Below are positions 53,689 through 64,000 of a DNA stretch of 64,000 nt, piece by piece (position 1 is the stretch's first letter; each line of letters opens with the position of its first letter). The stretch is from Octopus vulgaris (Eukaryota), in assembly GCA_951406725.2 (NCBI GenBank), contig OX597823.1, positions 22,940,001 to 23,004,000 on the forward strand, read 5' to 3'. The notes beneath the pieces are model-generated. The model did not search any database. It was not told the origin of the DNA and saw only the letters and a program-made list of their open reading frames with translations. Both the position numbers and the translations under genes were made by a program.

Positions 53689-56135
53689 ACACACACACAC
53701 ACACACATACACACATACACATTGTCACTACTAAAACTGTTACAACTATTATTATGACCCAGCAAGCCATCAGGAGATCTACAACCAGTACCATTTTAAT
53801 CTTGTAATGAAAATATGTGAACTTCTAAAACTGATATCATGAAATAGTTAATTTATTAATTTCTTTTTCCTTTCTCTTACTGCATGACTAAACTGGCTAA
53901 GACAATTGAATCCAGTTGCATATTTTGATAAAACTGTAAATATTTTATTCTTTTTATTTATGATAAAATTCTCAAAACATTTTCTTTTTTAATATAAATT
54001 TACTTATGTGAAACCTCTTTTACACACACACACACACACATGTATGAGATGCTCTAATATTCTACCAGGTCATGGCTCTGATTATGCTATCTTCCAAAAG
54101 GATGAAAGGTAAATTTGACAAATCAATTAGTTAGTTAATTAATTAATTAGTTAATTAAAAATAAAACTGAAGTGAACTGATACCAGCGTTTTTTACTAGT
54201 AGAATGATGCTCCTAAACTACAAGAGTATTTGTTTCACTTGATGATTTCACATTAAAAACTTTGCAAAATTTATATTAAAAAAATTTTAGTTTATATTGG
54301 ATTTTAATTTGAATTCCTAATTTCAAATTTAGATTATTTTACTTTCATCAATTTCAAATTTCAAATGGATAAATAACTAAAAACATTTTTGTTTGATAAA
54401 AGAAAAAGGAAAAGAAATTATAATTTATTTTAGTTTTGCACCAGTTTACTTACATTAGTTCTTTATCTATTGTTCAAACCAGATCGATCCTGATCAAAGA
54501 TATCACAGCTGTGTCTATTTCATCTAGTGAATCTAGTTCTATATTATTTAATGTGTCTTTCTATTTTTTAGACAGTAGGGTGTGATCGATTTTGAGTTGG
54601 AGAGACTTTTAGCTGCTACAGCATTGAGTAAGAGCATAAAACATAAAGCAGAGGTGGAAGCCCACATTCAAATTTACTGCCATCTGACAAGGACACTTCT
54701 CAAAACATTTTATACTACAAAAACTATTATTTTATAAAATATAATTATTCACAAAGACAATAAACAAAATTTAAAGACAGGCAACACTTTGAAATTAGCA
54801 TCCTTGCCATAACATTAAAAATGTTTTATTTTAATTATTTATTTATTTATTTATTTTAATTTCAGATTTGTGTTGTTTATGCACAAATGTAATTACTCTA
54901 AATAAATAATTACAAATATAGATAAAGAAATATAAACAGCTATTTCTAAAATTTATAACTTGTTGATAAGATAAAGCTTTGAATAAAATTATATCAACAA
55001 AAATATTTCTGCATAATGATTTTCCCTGAAACATTGTACTTCTATCAGAAGGATGTACACAGCCCTTCAGGAAGCTGCTGATTCTCCATCACTAATAGAT
55101 AGGTTCTTTCAAATTCACATCTTTATTATTCCAATCATTATGTTGCACCTCTGTGTAAGACATTTAAATCTGCTAGCTCCAAAAAGCACAAAAAAGTAGA
55201 AGAAAATTATAATCCAATGAAACAAACGTTGATTTGTGTCAACATAAAACAGTTAATAATATTTCTATGTTTATGTTTCTGTGTCTAGATTGTCTTTATT
55301 TTCTTTATTTTTTCTCTAGTAATGTTTCCCAACATTTAGTTATTTGCACATCATATTTCAACAGTTCATTACCTTGAATGTATTGTCTGTTGTTTATTTA
55401 AAACACTGTCTGGCAATTTAATGAAAACATTTTAATGTAATTTTAATTGTCTTCAGATAATATAACATAACAAGGTACTAAAATATAATTTCTCTGAGCA
55501 ATTATTTTCTAGTGGGTATAAAATGAAGATAAATATACATAATCACTAATATTATCTCTCTTAACAAGAAGCAACATTATGATAATATAGGGGAGCCAAA
55601 AGCTGGACTTCCTGAAGAAATATTTATGCTTTATGGCATTAAATTTTAAGACACATACCAAAATGCATCCATTTTCTTACATTAATTAACCAGAAGAAAT
55701 GTTTAACCTAATATTAACCAAAAGTGTAATGAATGAAAACAAAATGGGATTTGTCACAATATTAATGTTCAATATTGGATAGTTGTTGATGTTACTGTTT
55801 TAACTATAGATCAACTCTTATCTATCAGACTTATGACTAGTGGCACTCCAGTATGGTCTTCTGTCTTTTGCTTTTATGGAAAGATATGATTGAGGGAGAT
55901 TTGGCACCTTTTTCCAGTAAGTTGAGTGACCTTTATAGCAGCACTTTTGTTCACTTGCATTTGGTACATCTCACTTTTATAGTTTCCAATATCTAAAAGT
56001 AAACATACTATTATATACTTGTGTGTATGACTGAAATTCTACTGCAGTTCATTTTTGTGAGTAAATGATATACATACATTTCATGTGCATATGTGTGTAT
56101 ATATGTATGTATGTTTCTATCTATCTATCTATCTA

Positions 56136-56179
<44 letters not shown>

Positions 56180-56266
56180 CATACATATATATATACATAC
56201 ATACATGCACACACACATATATATATATATGGATAGATAGATAAATCTGTGTATGTATATGTGTAA

Positions 56267-56307
<41 letters not shown>

Positions 56308-56330
56308 TATATGTGTGTGTGCTGCGTGTG

Positions 56331-56376
<46 letters not shown>

Positions 56377-56947
56377 CACACAAGAATGTATGTATCTATA
56401 TAATTAGAGACCCAAAACATACAGTCCAAATACACACTGAAGTAGTTTCAGTGGATTTGAACTGACTCTCTCTCTCTCTCTCTCTGAGTTAGTAATCAAT
56501 CATTTAATTGACACAACTATTTCCCTTCTTTGTTTCACAAGGTGACTTTAACCAGCTAAAGAAAGTTAAATCAGCATCCAGCAAACCTACTTGTATTTTT
56601 ATTTATTATTTTTCACAAGAAAAATGGCCCAACAATTAAATTCTGCTGCTATAGCTTGGCGAGAGTAAAGTTTGCTTTGCTTTCCTGCCAAAATATATTA
56701 TTATCATTATTGTTATTATTATAAAGAAAACATTATATCAATAAAGAAAAAATTATTGTTGTTGTTGTTACTACTACTACTACTACTACTACTACTATTA
56801 TCATTATTATTAATGTTCACTAATTTTAGGAAAATGATTTGGCAGAAACATTACAGTTTGCTATTAAATACTGTATGTTAGTATTTAGTCTCATCCTGCC
56901 ACCATCTGAGTTCAGATCCTGGCAGAACCATCTTCATTCCTGGCATC

Positions 56948-57003
<56 letters not shown>

Positions 57004-57149
57004 CTAGTTAAAATATGATTGTAATATGATGTGATGTAAATGGTTCTTCAGCCCCAATGGCTGGGTAGAAAGCAACTTTAATGAGCTCTGTTCTAGGCTA
57101 AGAAAATAAGAAATGACCCAACTCATGAATAGAATACTAATATATAATG

Positions 57150-57420
57150 AGTGCAGACATGGCTGCAGGGTTAAAAAAATTCTTCATTTTATAACCACAA
57201 GGCTTTGGGTTTGGTCAAACTATGTAGCACCTTGGGTAAGAACAAGAGGATATGTGTGCATAGGTATAGGCTTGATGTGTGGTTAAGAAATTTGCTTCTT
57301 AACCACATGATCTTAGATTTCAATCCCACTGCATTGTACCTTGAGCAAGTACCTTCTATTTTTACCTTGGGTCAAACTATATTTTGTAGATAGAATGGAA
57401 GATGGAAACTGTATAAAATC
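57150..57420 (+). mobile_element. Two decayed family C SINE heads in tandem
   Basis: tggctgcagggttaa...aaccaca...gcaccttggg, and tgatgtgtggttaagaaatttgcttcttaaccacatg...ccttgagcaagt. Confidence 0.55.
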
Positions 57421-57448
57421 CCACTTAATACACACACACACACACACA

Positions 57449-57803
57449 TAGTTGGTTATGGCTAAATTTCATGGTCAACTGCATACTATTATTGATGCTA
57501 CTAAGTAGGAATTTGAAATCATAGAGTTCATCTAGATTGAATGTCTATAGAATAAGGCAATCATCTGAGTATCATTTCCAATTTTTCAACAGATAATTTC
57601 GAAAGTGGATGCTGTATTTTATTCAAGTTTGTTCATATATCTGGACTTCTAGATATGCTATAACTAAGTTGGCATGTGTTGGGGCAACTTTTGCACACAT
57701 TGCAGTTCCAGATATTTGTTATTAGATGTTTCCTCGAAAATGAACAAATTATTTTCAAGGATTGTGATCAATTGTTGACCAATTAGATCTGGAATTTCAT
57801 TCA
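57449..57803 (-). pseudogene. Penelope-like element reverse transcriptase fragment
   Basis: Minus translation ILENNLFIF..SGTAMCAKVAPTHANLVIAYLE..NWK*YSDDCLIL, a decayed form of the PLE RT motifs GTAMG..AP.YA.L and RYLDD. Confidence 0.8.
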
Positions 57804-58191
57804 CAGGTCCGGGGCGAGTAGATAGCAATAATACAGTGAGACAGGACATGTGGGAGGAGCACACAGGTCGGGGGAAAACAAAGAGCAATGATACAGTGGC
57901 ACAGGGCCAAGTGGACAGGACTGGGGAGTGGGAGGTAAGCATAGTGCATGATGCAGAAATGTGAGGAAGAGAAGAGATGTAGTTTGGTTTGTTGTGGTAG
58001 AGTGTGTGAGAAGTTTTCTTGTTAACTGGGTGAGACACATAGCACTTCTAGAACTCAGTTTATATATAGAAATAATTGAGATTCAGTTGAATTAGGTACT
58101 TAAGTTGAAGCACCAGGTCAGTGTATTATTATGCATACAACTCAAAGTAAGGTGAATAAAATCAAAAAATGCAACAAGATATCAAGAGGTG

Positions 58192-58278
58192 ATGCAGTAC
58201 GACCGTTTCAAGTGGCTCATTTAATTGAAAAATGCAATCATTACTTCAATTTAATTGCAGGGCTATCCTCAGCTGCAT
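58192..58278 (-). ncRNA. Second copy of the same hammerhead in the inverted pseudo-LTR
   Basis: Minus strand ATGCAG-CTGAGGA-TAGCCC...GAGCCACTT-GAAA-C-GGTC-GTA-CTGCAT. Confidence 0.78.
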
Positions 58279-58499
58279 AAATAAATAGAATTTTTAATCA
58301 GTTGGACACATTAATATAATTTTGCTCAAATTCTCTAATAGAGTAAGAAGAGGGGAAAGAGTCCATGTTGCTACTAATGTAGCTAAGACTATACTACACT
58401 TCTAAGAACTGTATGAAGTTTGATAGGATCATAGCTTGTAAAGGATTGTGGTTCATTTTTAATTTATTAGTCTTTTTTTTATCAACTACGAAATTTGAA

Positions 58500-59484
58500 A
58501 ATAAGGACTTGATCTGGTATAATGTTCCCTTCAACTGTGCCATATCCATAAACATAGATAGGAAACTTATGACAATTTTAGAAAAAAAACTTCCCTACTT
58601 CCCATAGATATAACTGAATTTTTTCCCATAAGACAGTTAGAATCTCATATTCTACTCTCCCCAATATGAGTACCATCATAGCAAGATTAAATAGAAAGAA
58701 TATTAAATTAGCAAGAAGTGGTAATGATATTAATGTTACTGTCAACACTAACTTAAACCCCTACAATGTGAATAGTAATGATATTAATAGTGACATAGAA
58801 AATAGAAACAGTGGTACTAATGCTTCTAATATATACAATATAGACAGTAGCTCTGGGGTCTATACTAGCACAGGGATTACTGATATGCCTGATAATGCTG
58901 GGATGAATGTGAATGATACTACAATTGAAGGATGGAGAGGTAATACCAGATATGAAAATGATACAAACAATAGTAGTTGTAGGATTAATATTAATAGTAA
59001 TATTAATAATAATAATAGTATGAATATCAATAATATTAATAGTAGTAATTCTCCTAGTTGCAATTGTAGAGTTAAATCCCATTGTCCGTTAGTAGGCTGA
59101 TGTCTAATCCAAAACATAATCTATAAGTGTACAATCACAACTGTATCTGGTAACTTTGTATATATAAGATGTTCAATAAATATGAAAAAACGTATTAATA
59201 ACCATTTTTCATCTTTTAGGCTCAAACATAAGGCCAATTGTACATCCTTGTCTCGAAAGATTTGGTAACTGAAGGAAAGTGGAATCGAATTTAGCCTTAA
59301 ATGGGACATTATAAGGAAAGCACTGCCTTATAGAGATAGTCGATATGGGTGCAAGCTGTGCTCTATGGAAACTTATGAAATTTTTAGGTATAGGGACAAG
59401 GGCAACCTGATTAATAATAGATTAGACCTAAGGGTATCATGCATACATCGGGTCATCTGTACATTTAAATATTTTCGAAATTAG
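58500..59484 (+). pseudogene. PLE C-terminal region with GIY-YIG endonuclease
   Basis: LIWYNVPFN..ISYSTLPNMSTII..CNCRVKSHCPLVG*CLIQNIIYKC..YIR..KKRINNH..LSRKIW*LKE..KWDII..CKLCSMETYEI..LINNR..SCIH*; contains stops and a frameshift. Confidence 0.88.
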
Positions 59485-60540
59485 TGTTTAAAGATGCTAC
59501 CCTTGAACCTGGATAAGGGAAATTAATCCGATGTGAACCTACTCCCCTAGTATTATATATAATAAATTATATATAGTTTCTTACTATTCTATATGATTTC
59601 TTATTATTTTGTTTTCTTATTTTGATACCTTTACCTATTAACCTCTTATCTCTTATAAGTTATTAATCATATTAAAGAGAGATATAAACTTTCTAGTTAC
59701 TTAAGTCTATGAGAGTTGATTATAACACACCTAAAATAAAGTACAAATATTTGTGGATATTTGCATGTGAGCACATAGTTAAATATGTGTATGTATCTAT
59801 GCACAACTTATTTTTTTCCAATTTTTCTTTGATTCTTAGCTTATAATTAATGTAAAGAGAGCATGATTTATCACCTCAGTATTCCAGAAGTAAATACCCA
59901 GAGTAATCTTTAAAGTAACAACGTAATAAGTAAATAATTAAGTACAGGAATGAATATTAAACTAATTCTATGTAATCTTCCCTTTCTAATGTTGAAAATT
60001 AGTATATATACACATTTTATCTATTCTGTTTATAATATCATTTTTAGTAATCTTAACTTTTATCTTTATACAACGTAACAATATTGTTTATATACAATCA
60101 TCCATAGTACCCCATGATAATTTTCTCTGTATTAACATCATAGGTTTTATTAGCATCTTGCCCCTTTAACTGGCAATTAACATCTTGATTTGGGGGTGTT
60201 CTCCTACCCAGCTTCCTTTATAGACATTTATTTATACAAATCTTAAAATCTTAACAATCTTCATGACCATACCCAACTATAAACTGTCAACTCACTCATT
60301 TCTAAACAGACACTCCCCTCTAGCCTTAGATTTGGTAGTTGATAAAAAAAGACTAATAAATTAAAAGTGAACTACAATTCTTTACAAGCTATGACCCTAA
60401 CACACTTCATACAGTTCTTAGAAGTGTAGTATAGTCTTAGCTACATTAGTAGCAACATTAGTAGCCCTCTTCTTGTTCTATTAGAGAATTTGAGTAAAAT
60501 TATATTAATGTGTCCAACTGATTAAAAATTCTATTTATTT

Positions 60541-60627
60541 ATGCAGCTGAGGATTGCTCTGCAATTAAATTGAAGTAATGATTGCATTGTTCAATTAAAT
60601 GAGCTGCTTGAAACGGTCGTACTGCAT
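60541..60627 (+). ncRNA. Type I hammerhead ribozyme in the PLE pseudo-LTR
   Basis: ATGCAG-CTGAGGA-[56-nt stem II region]-GAAA-C-GGTC-GT-A-CTGCAT: 6-bp stem I, canonical core, minimal stem III, GUA cleavage site. Confidence 0.8.
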
Positions 60628-60756
60628 CCCCTCTTGATATCCTGTTGCTTATTTTGATTTTATATATATATTAATATAGGATGAAATTTTTTTCAGAAAA
60701 AAATTTCATCAAAAAGTGACAGCATATTAAAATACCTTTAAAGGTTAATATTATAA

Positions 60757-61004
60757 ACAACTTATAAACAATGGCAAAAGAAAAATTATTTCCATGACAA
60801 TATGCTGATAACAGACTTTTAAATCGTCAATTTCCACATATCATTATACACTCACTATAAATACACGTCGTGCTGAAATTGATTTCAGCACGACGTGTAT
60901 TTATAGTGAGTGTATAATGATATGTGGAAATTGATGATTTAAAAGTCTGTTATCAGCATATTGGCATGGAAATAATTTTTCTTTCGCCCTTGTTTATAAG
61001 TTGT
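60757..61004. repeat. Long near-perfect palindrome (123-bp arms, 2-nt spacer) adjacent to (TA)n
   Basis: 60757-60879 is the reverse complement of 60882-61004 with 4 mismatches, centred on gctgaaat-tg-atttcagc. Confidence 0.95.
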
Positions 61005-62039
61005 ATATATATATATATATATTATATATATATATATATATTGTGTGTGTGTGGGTGTTGTGCCTGTGCAGATGTTTGTCTGAAAATAGTCAATTCTGAT
61101 TCTCATAAATCATCATTTAAACAAAAAGAAAGGTTGTCATAGTGTTTTCATTCCTATTGAACTTATGTTCACTGGGAATGAAGACTCTCAATGTAGTTGA
61201 AAGAAAACTTCTTTATTGTAAAATAGGAAAAACTATCCAGTCCTAATAGTACTGCCTGAAATCAGTATTCATCCAACTTATACCAGCATAGAAAACAGAC
61301 TTAAAAATGAACAAGCAAGAATACAAATACACACATGTGAGTCAGAGTATCAAAAAGTATTGTTCTTAGACTAAGTTGTCTTCCAGAACCTTCCTTTTGA
61401 TGACAAATACAATAATCCAGAATGACTGAAAATAATTTTAGGCTGTCTACAAATATACAGTAAAACAGATTTTAAAAAGAAAAGTGAAGATAAAAAATAA
61501 TAAAGAAAACATGAAAAATAATTGTGTATATATAAATATATTCAAAAAAGAAAATTAGAAATAAATAAATGAAAATAAGTTTAAGAAAGTAAACAAGGAA
61601 AATTAAATAAATGAAATTTAATTAGTGGATAGTTAGTCATAGTAATCTTGTTAGTAAATTTTCTTTTCTTAAGTGGAGACACAAGGATATATTTTATAAC
61701 TTGAAGGAGGATGGATATAGGTAAACTAAATCTAGCACAGTATACTACCTCAGTATATAACACTCTGTCAGGAGTTCAAATTTACTGCAGGAACACATCT
61801 GGGAATTTAGCTATTTTATTTTCAATGGTTTGGATACATAGACAACCAGATAGATTAAATACAATTTTACTTATCACAAATGTTTTTGTTAAGTCAACAA
61901 ATACCACATACAGGAACCTGTCTGGTTATTTTATACATAATTCCTAGAGCTAGAGCCAGAAGACAATGTTTATTATTTTAAATTTGGGCAATAAGCACCA
62001 AAAATGTTGATCCAGCCCTGCTCTATGTAAACTCAAAGA

Positions 62040-62190
62040 TAGTATCAGAGTTCAAATGCAGCTGACATCAACATCGCCTTTCAGGAACAGAGAAAATAAA
62101 ATACCAGTCAAGTACTGAGGTAGATGTAATCAACTAACCCCATCTCCCTTAAAAAAATTGCTGGCTTTGTGCCAAAATTAGAAAGAATTA
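62040..62190 (+). mobile_element. Decayed family B SINE
   Basis: gagttcaaatgc...gcctttca...taccagtcaagtactg...ggctttgtgcc. Confidence 0.55.
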
Positions 62191-62994
62191 TTTTCATTAT
62201 TATTATTATCCTACCTTGTATTTTGGTGGAAGGAAAGTGTTTAAAGCCCATTGCATACATACATACATACATACATACATACATACATACATACATACAT
62301 GTAGTACACATATATTCTTAATACACATATATATATGATATATATATACACACATATATAATGTTAGCATGTACATGTGTGTACTTGTAAGAAAGTTTAC
62401 ATTCTGCACTTCTCTGAAAATCTGTCTGGTGGGCCTGCAGTTCTGTGCTTTCAAAGATCAGTGGAATAAAAATAACTTCCTCACTTGAAAAACAAGTAAG
62501 GGTTATCAACAGGCAGTACATCTGGCTGTAAAATGTAACAACAATGCCTCAATATGTATTCATCTAACCCATGCTAATCGAAAAATGAACACAAATATAT
62601 ATATATATTCACTTCCAATTTCTTACTTTTATTTTAGCAAATTGCACACATTCATGCACATCTATTTATTTACCTTTCTACTAGTAGTCTTCAGTTTTGT
62701 GAATTACCATGTCATTACAGTCTATCTCCAAGCATAGAGATTTGTGATAAGCACAGGATTTTAAAATGTGATTCGACTTCTTTTGTTACAAATAATGAGA
62801 TTTTTGATAAGGGGTCAACCGTATTTATTTACATATTTATTTATGAATTATTAATGAATGGAAGAAGTAAGGTGGCCAAATGGCTATCACAGCTATTGAT
62901 TTCTTCTTCTTTATATCAAACTTTCATTATCGGCACAGAGGGAGGAAAATGATGCTTTGATTTATTGGAATTTATCCTAGTTTACAAATTGAAT

Positions 62995-63162
62995 CGTCAT
63001 CATCACCATCATCATTATTGTCTTCATAATTTGTATCACTGTCAGCATCATCATTATCTTCCTCACCAGCATCGTCACCTTCACTACCACCAACATTATC
63101 ACCCCCACCATCATCATATTCCTCACTATTACTATTATCACTACTACCATCATCATCTTCAC
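62995..63162. repeat. Degenerate (CAT/CAC)n low-complexity tract
   Basis: Direct reading; produces the His-rich ORF. Confidence 0.85.
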
Positions 63163-64000
63163 CAATATATTAACATCTAGTTCAAATAAGGTTCCGCCTA
63201 TCCCCTGAATTAGACAGGTTTCCCTAACAGCATATTGCTATTTGTCATAGTCTTTGGTCTCCTTGTTTGTCAGGTCCAAATCCTGTGATCTGGGATCTAA
63301 ACTCATCACTTCTTTCCGTGTCTTCCTTGTATTTGGGAATGAGTTCAATGACATCTTTGATAACTGAATAGCGAGAACACCAGACAGCTAGCCATTTGTA
63401 GGTCAGTGGTTCATTTTCTATCAACTCAGTGTCTGTAGCCAAGATACATGACTCATAGATAGGTCCCAGTACAGATGTAGACAAGCCTGCTTGTATGATT
63501 AAGAAATTTGCTTTGCAACTTCGTGTTTCCTGGTTTGATCCCAGTGGAGTAGCTTGGGTGAGTCTCAGCCATGAATTAAATTTAATAAATAGAAGCTGTA
63601 CAGAATCCTGTTGAATCAGTGTGTGTGTGTGTGTGTTTCAATAATTTATGTTGGTAAAAGTTTTTCTTTCCTCGTGGTGAGAAACTTGCTTAATAAATGT
63701 ATTCAAACAAAACAAGGTATATTATGGTACTTATTCTACCCGAATTGCACAGATGTTCCCTTATCACTCTCACCATCAGAAATGCAGTCAGCAAGTAATC
63801 AATTCAATTAAAACCCATAACTAACTATGCTAAGGTTCACAAAATGTAAAATTCAAGTAAGGTACTTAATAAATCACTGTCACTAACAGCTGTTCCACTA
63901 TAAAAGTGACAAATCTTCTGTTATCCTGTGCACTCTTAAATTTAACTCCTACATTGAATAATTGATGGATAAGCTCCATTAACCTGATTCCTCTTAGATA

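Larger units (their letters stand above)
58156..60663 (+). mobile_element. 5'-truncated Penelope-like element: inverted pseudo-LTR, GIY-YIG ORF remnant, long 3' UTR/pLTR
   Basis: 58156-58496 is the reverse complement of about 60328-60663; GIY-YIG ORF remnant lies between; 3' end abuts (TA)n. Confidence 0.9.

Noticed and set aside
59098-59100. In-frame TGA in the Cys-rich PLE motif as possible selenocysteine
   Set aside because: It lies at the variable position before the conserved Cys (CPLVG*CL), and the Cys codon itself is intact. It is best explained by CGA>TGA decay; the ORF also has a TAA stop and a frameshift.
62965-63180. His-rich ORF
   Set aside because: Degenerate (CAT)n microsatellite with no splice or homology support.
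63245-63484. 79-aa minus-strand ORF with protein-like composition
   Set aside because: An overlapping frame resembles a decayed RTE C-terminus (KTRKEVM..DLTNKETKD); no support for a host gene.

Overview
AT-rich, microsatellite-dense eukaryotic DNA with no confidently identifiable host gene, so probably intronic or intergenic. The repeat families look like those of an octopod cephalopod (Octopus-like); this is inferred from repeat recognition, not from a search. Most listed ORFs are translations of simple repeats. The real coding remnants all belong to transposons: four fragments of R4/Dong-type restriction-like-endonuclease (RLE) non-LTR retrotransposons sitting in (TAA)n or (TACA)n tracts, several RTE LINE pieces with (GAT)n tails, two mariner remnants, a Penelope-like RT fragment, and a Penelope-like GIY-YIG element with inverted pseudo-LTRs. 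Several tRNA-headed SINE families are present, some with clear 13-17 bp target-site duplications. The most notable features are (1) minimal type I hammerhead ribozymes in back-to-back or inverted arrangements at 43.4-43.6 kb and 58.2/60.6 kb, (2) recurring near-perfect fold-back duplications next to (TA)n tracts, and (3) apparent partitioning of different microsatellite types among retroelement families, including a possible (TACA)n-targeting RLE element. Coordinates were read by eye and boundaries of degenerate copies are approximate.
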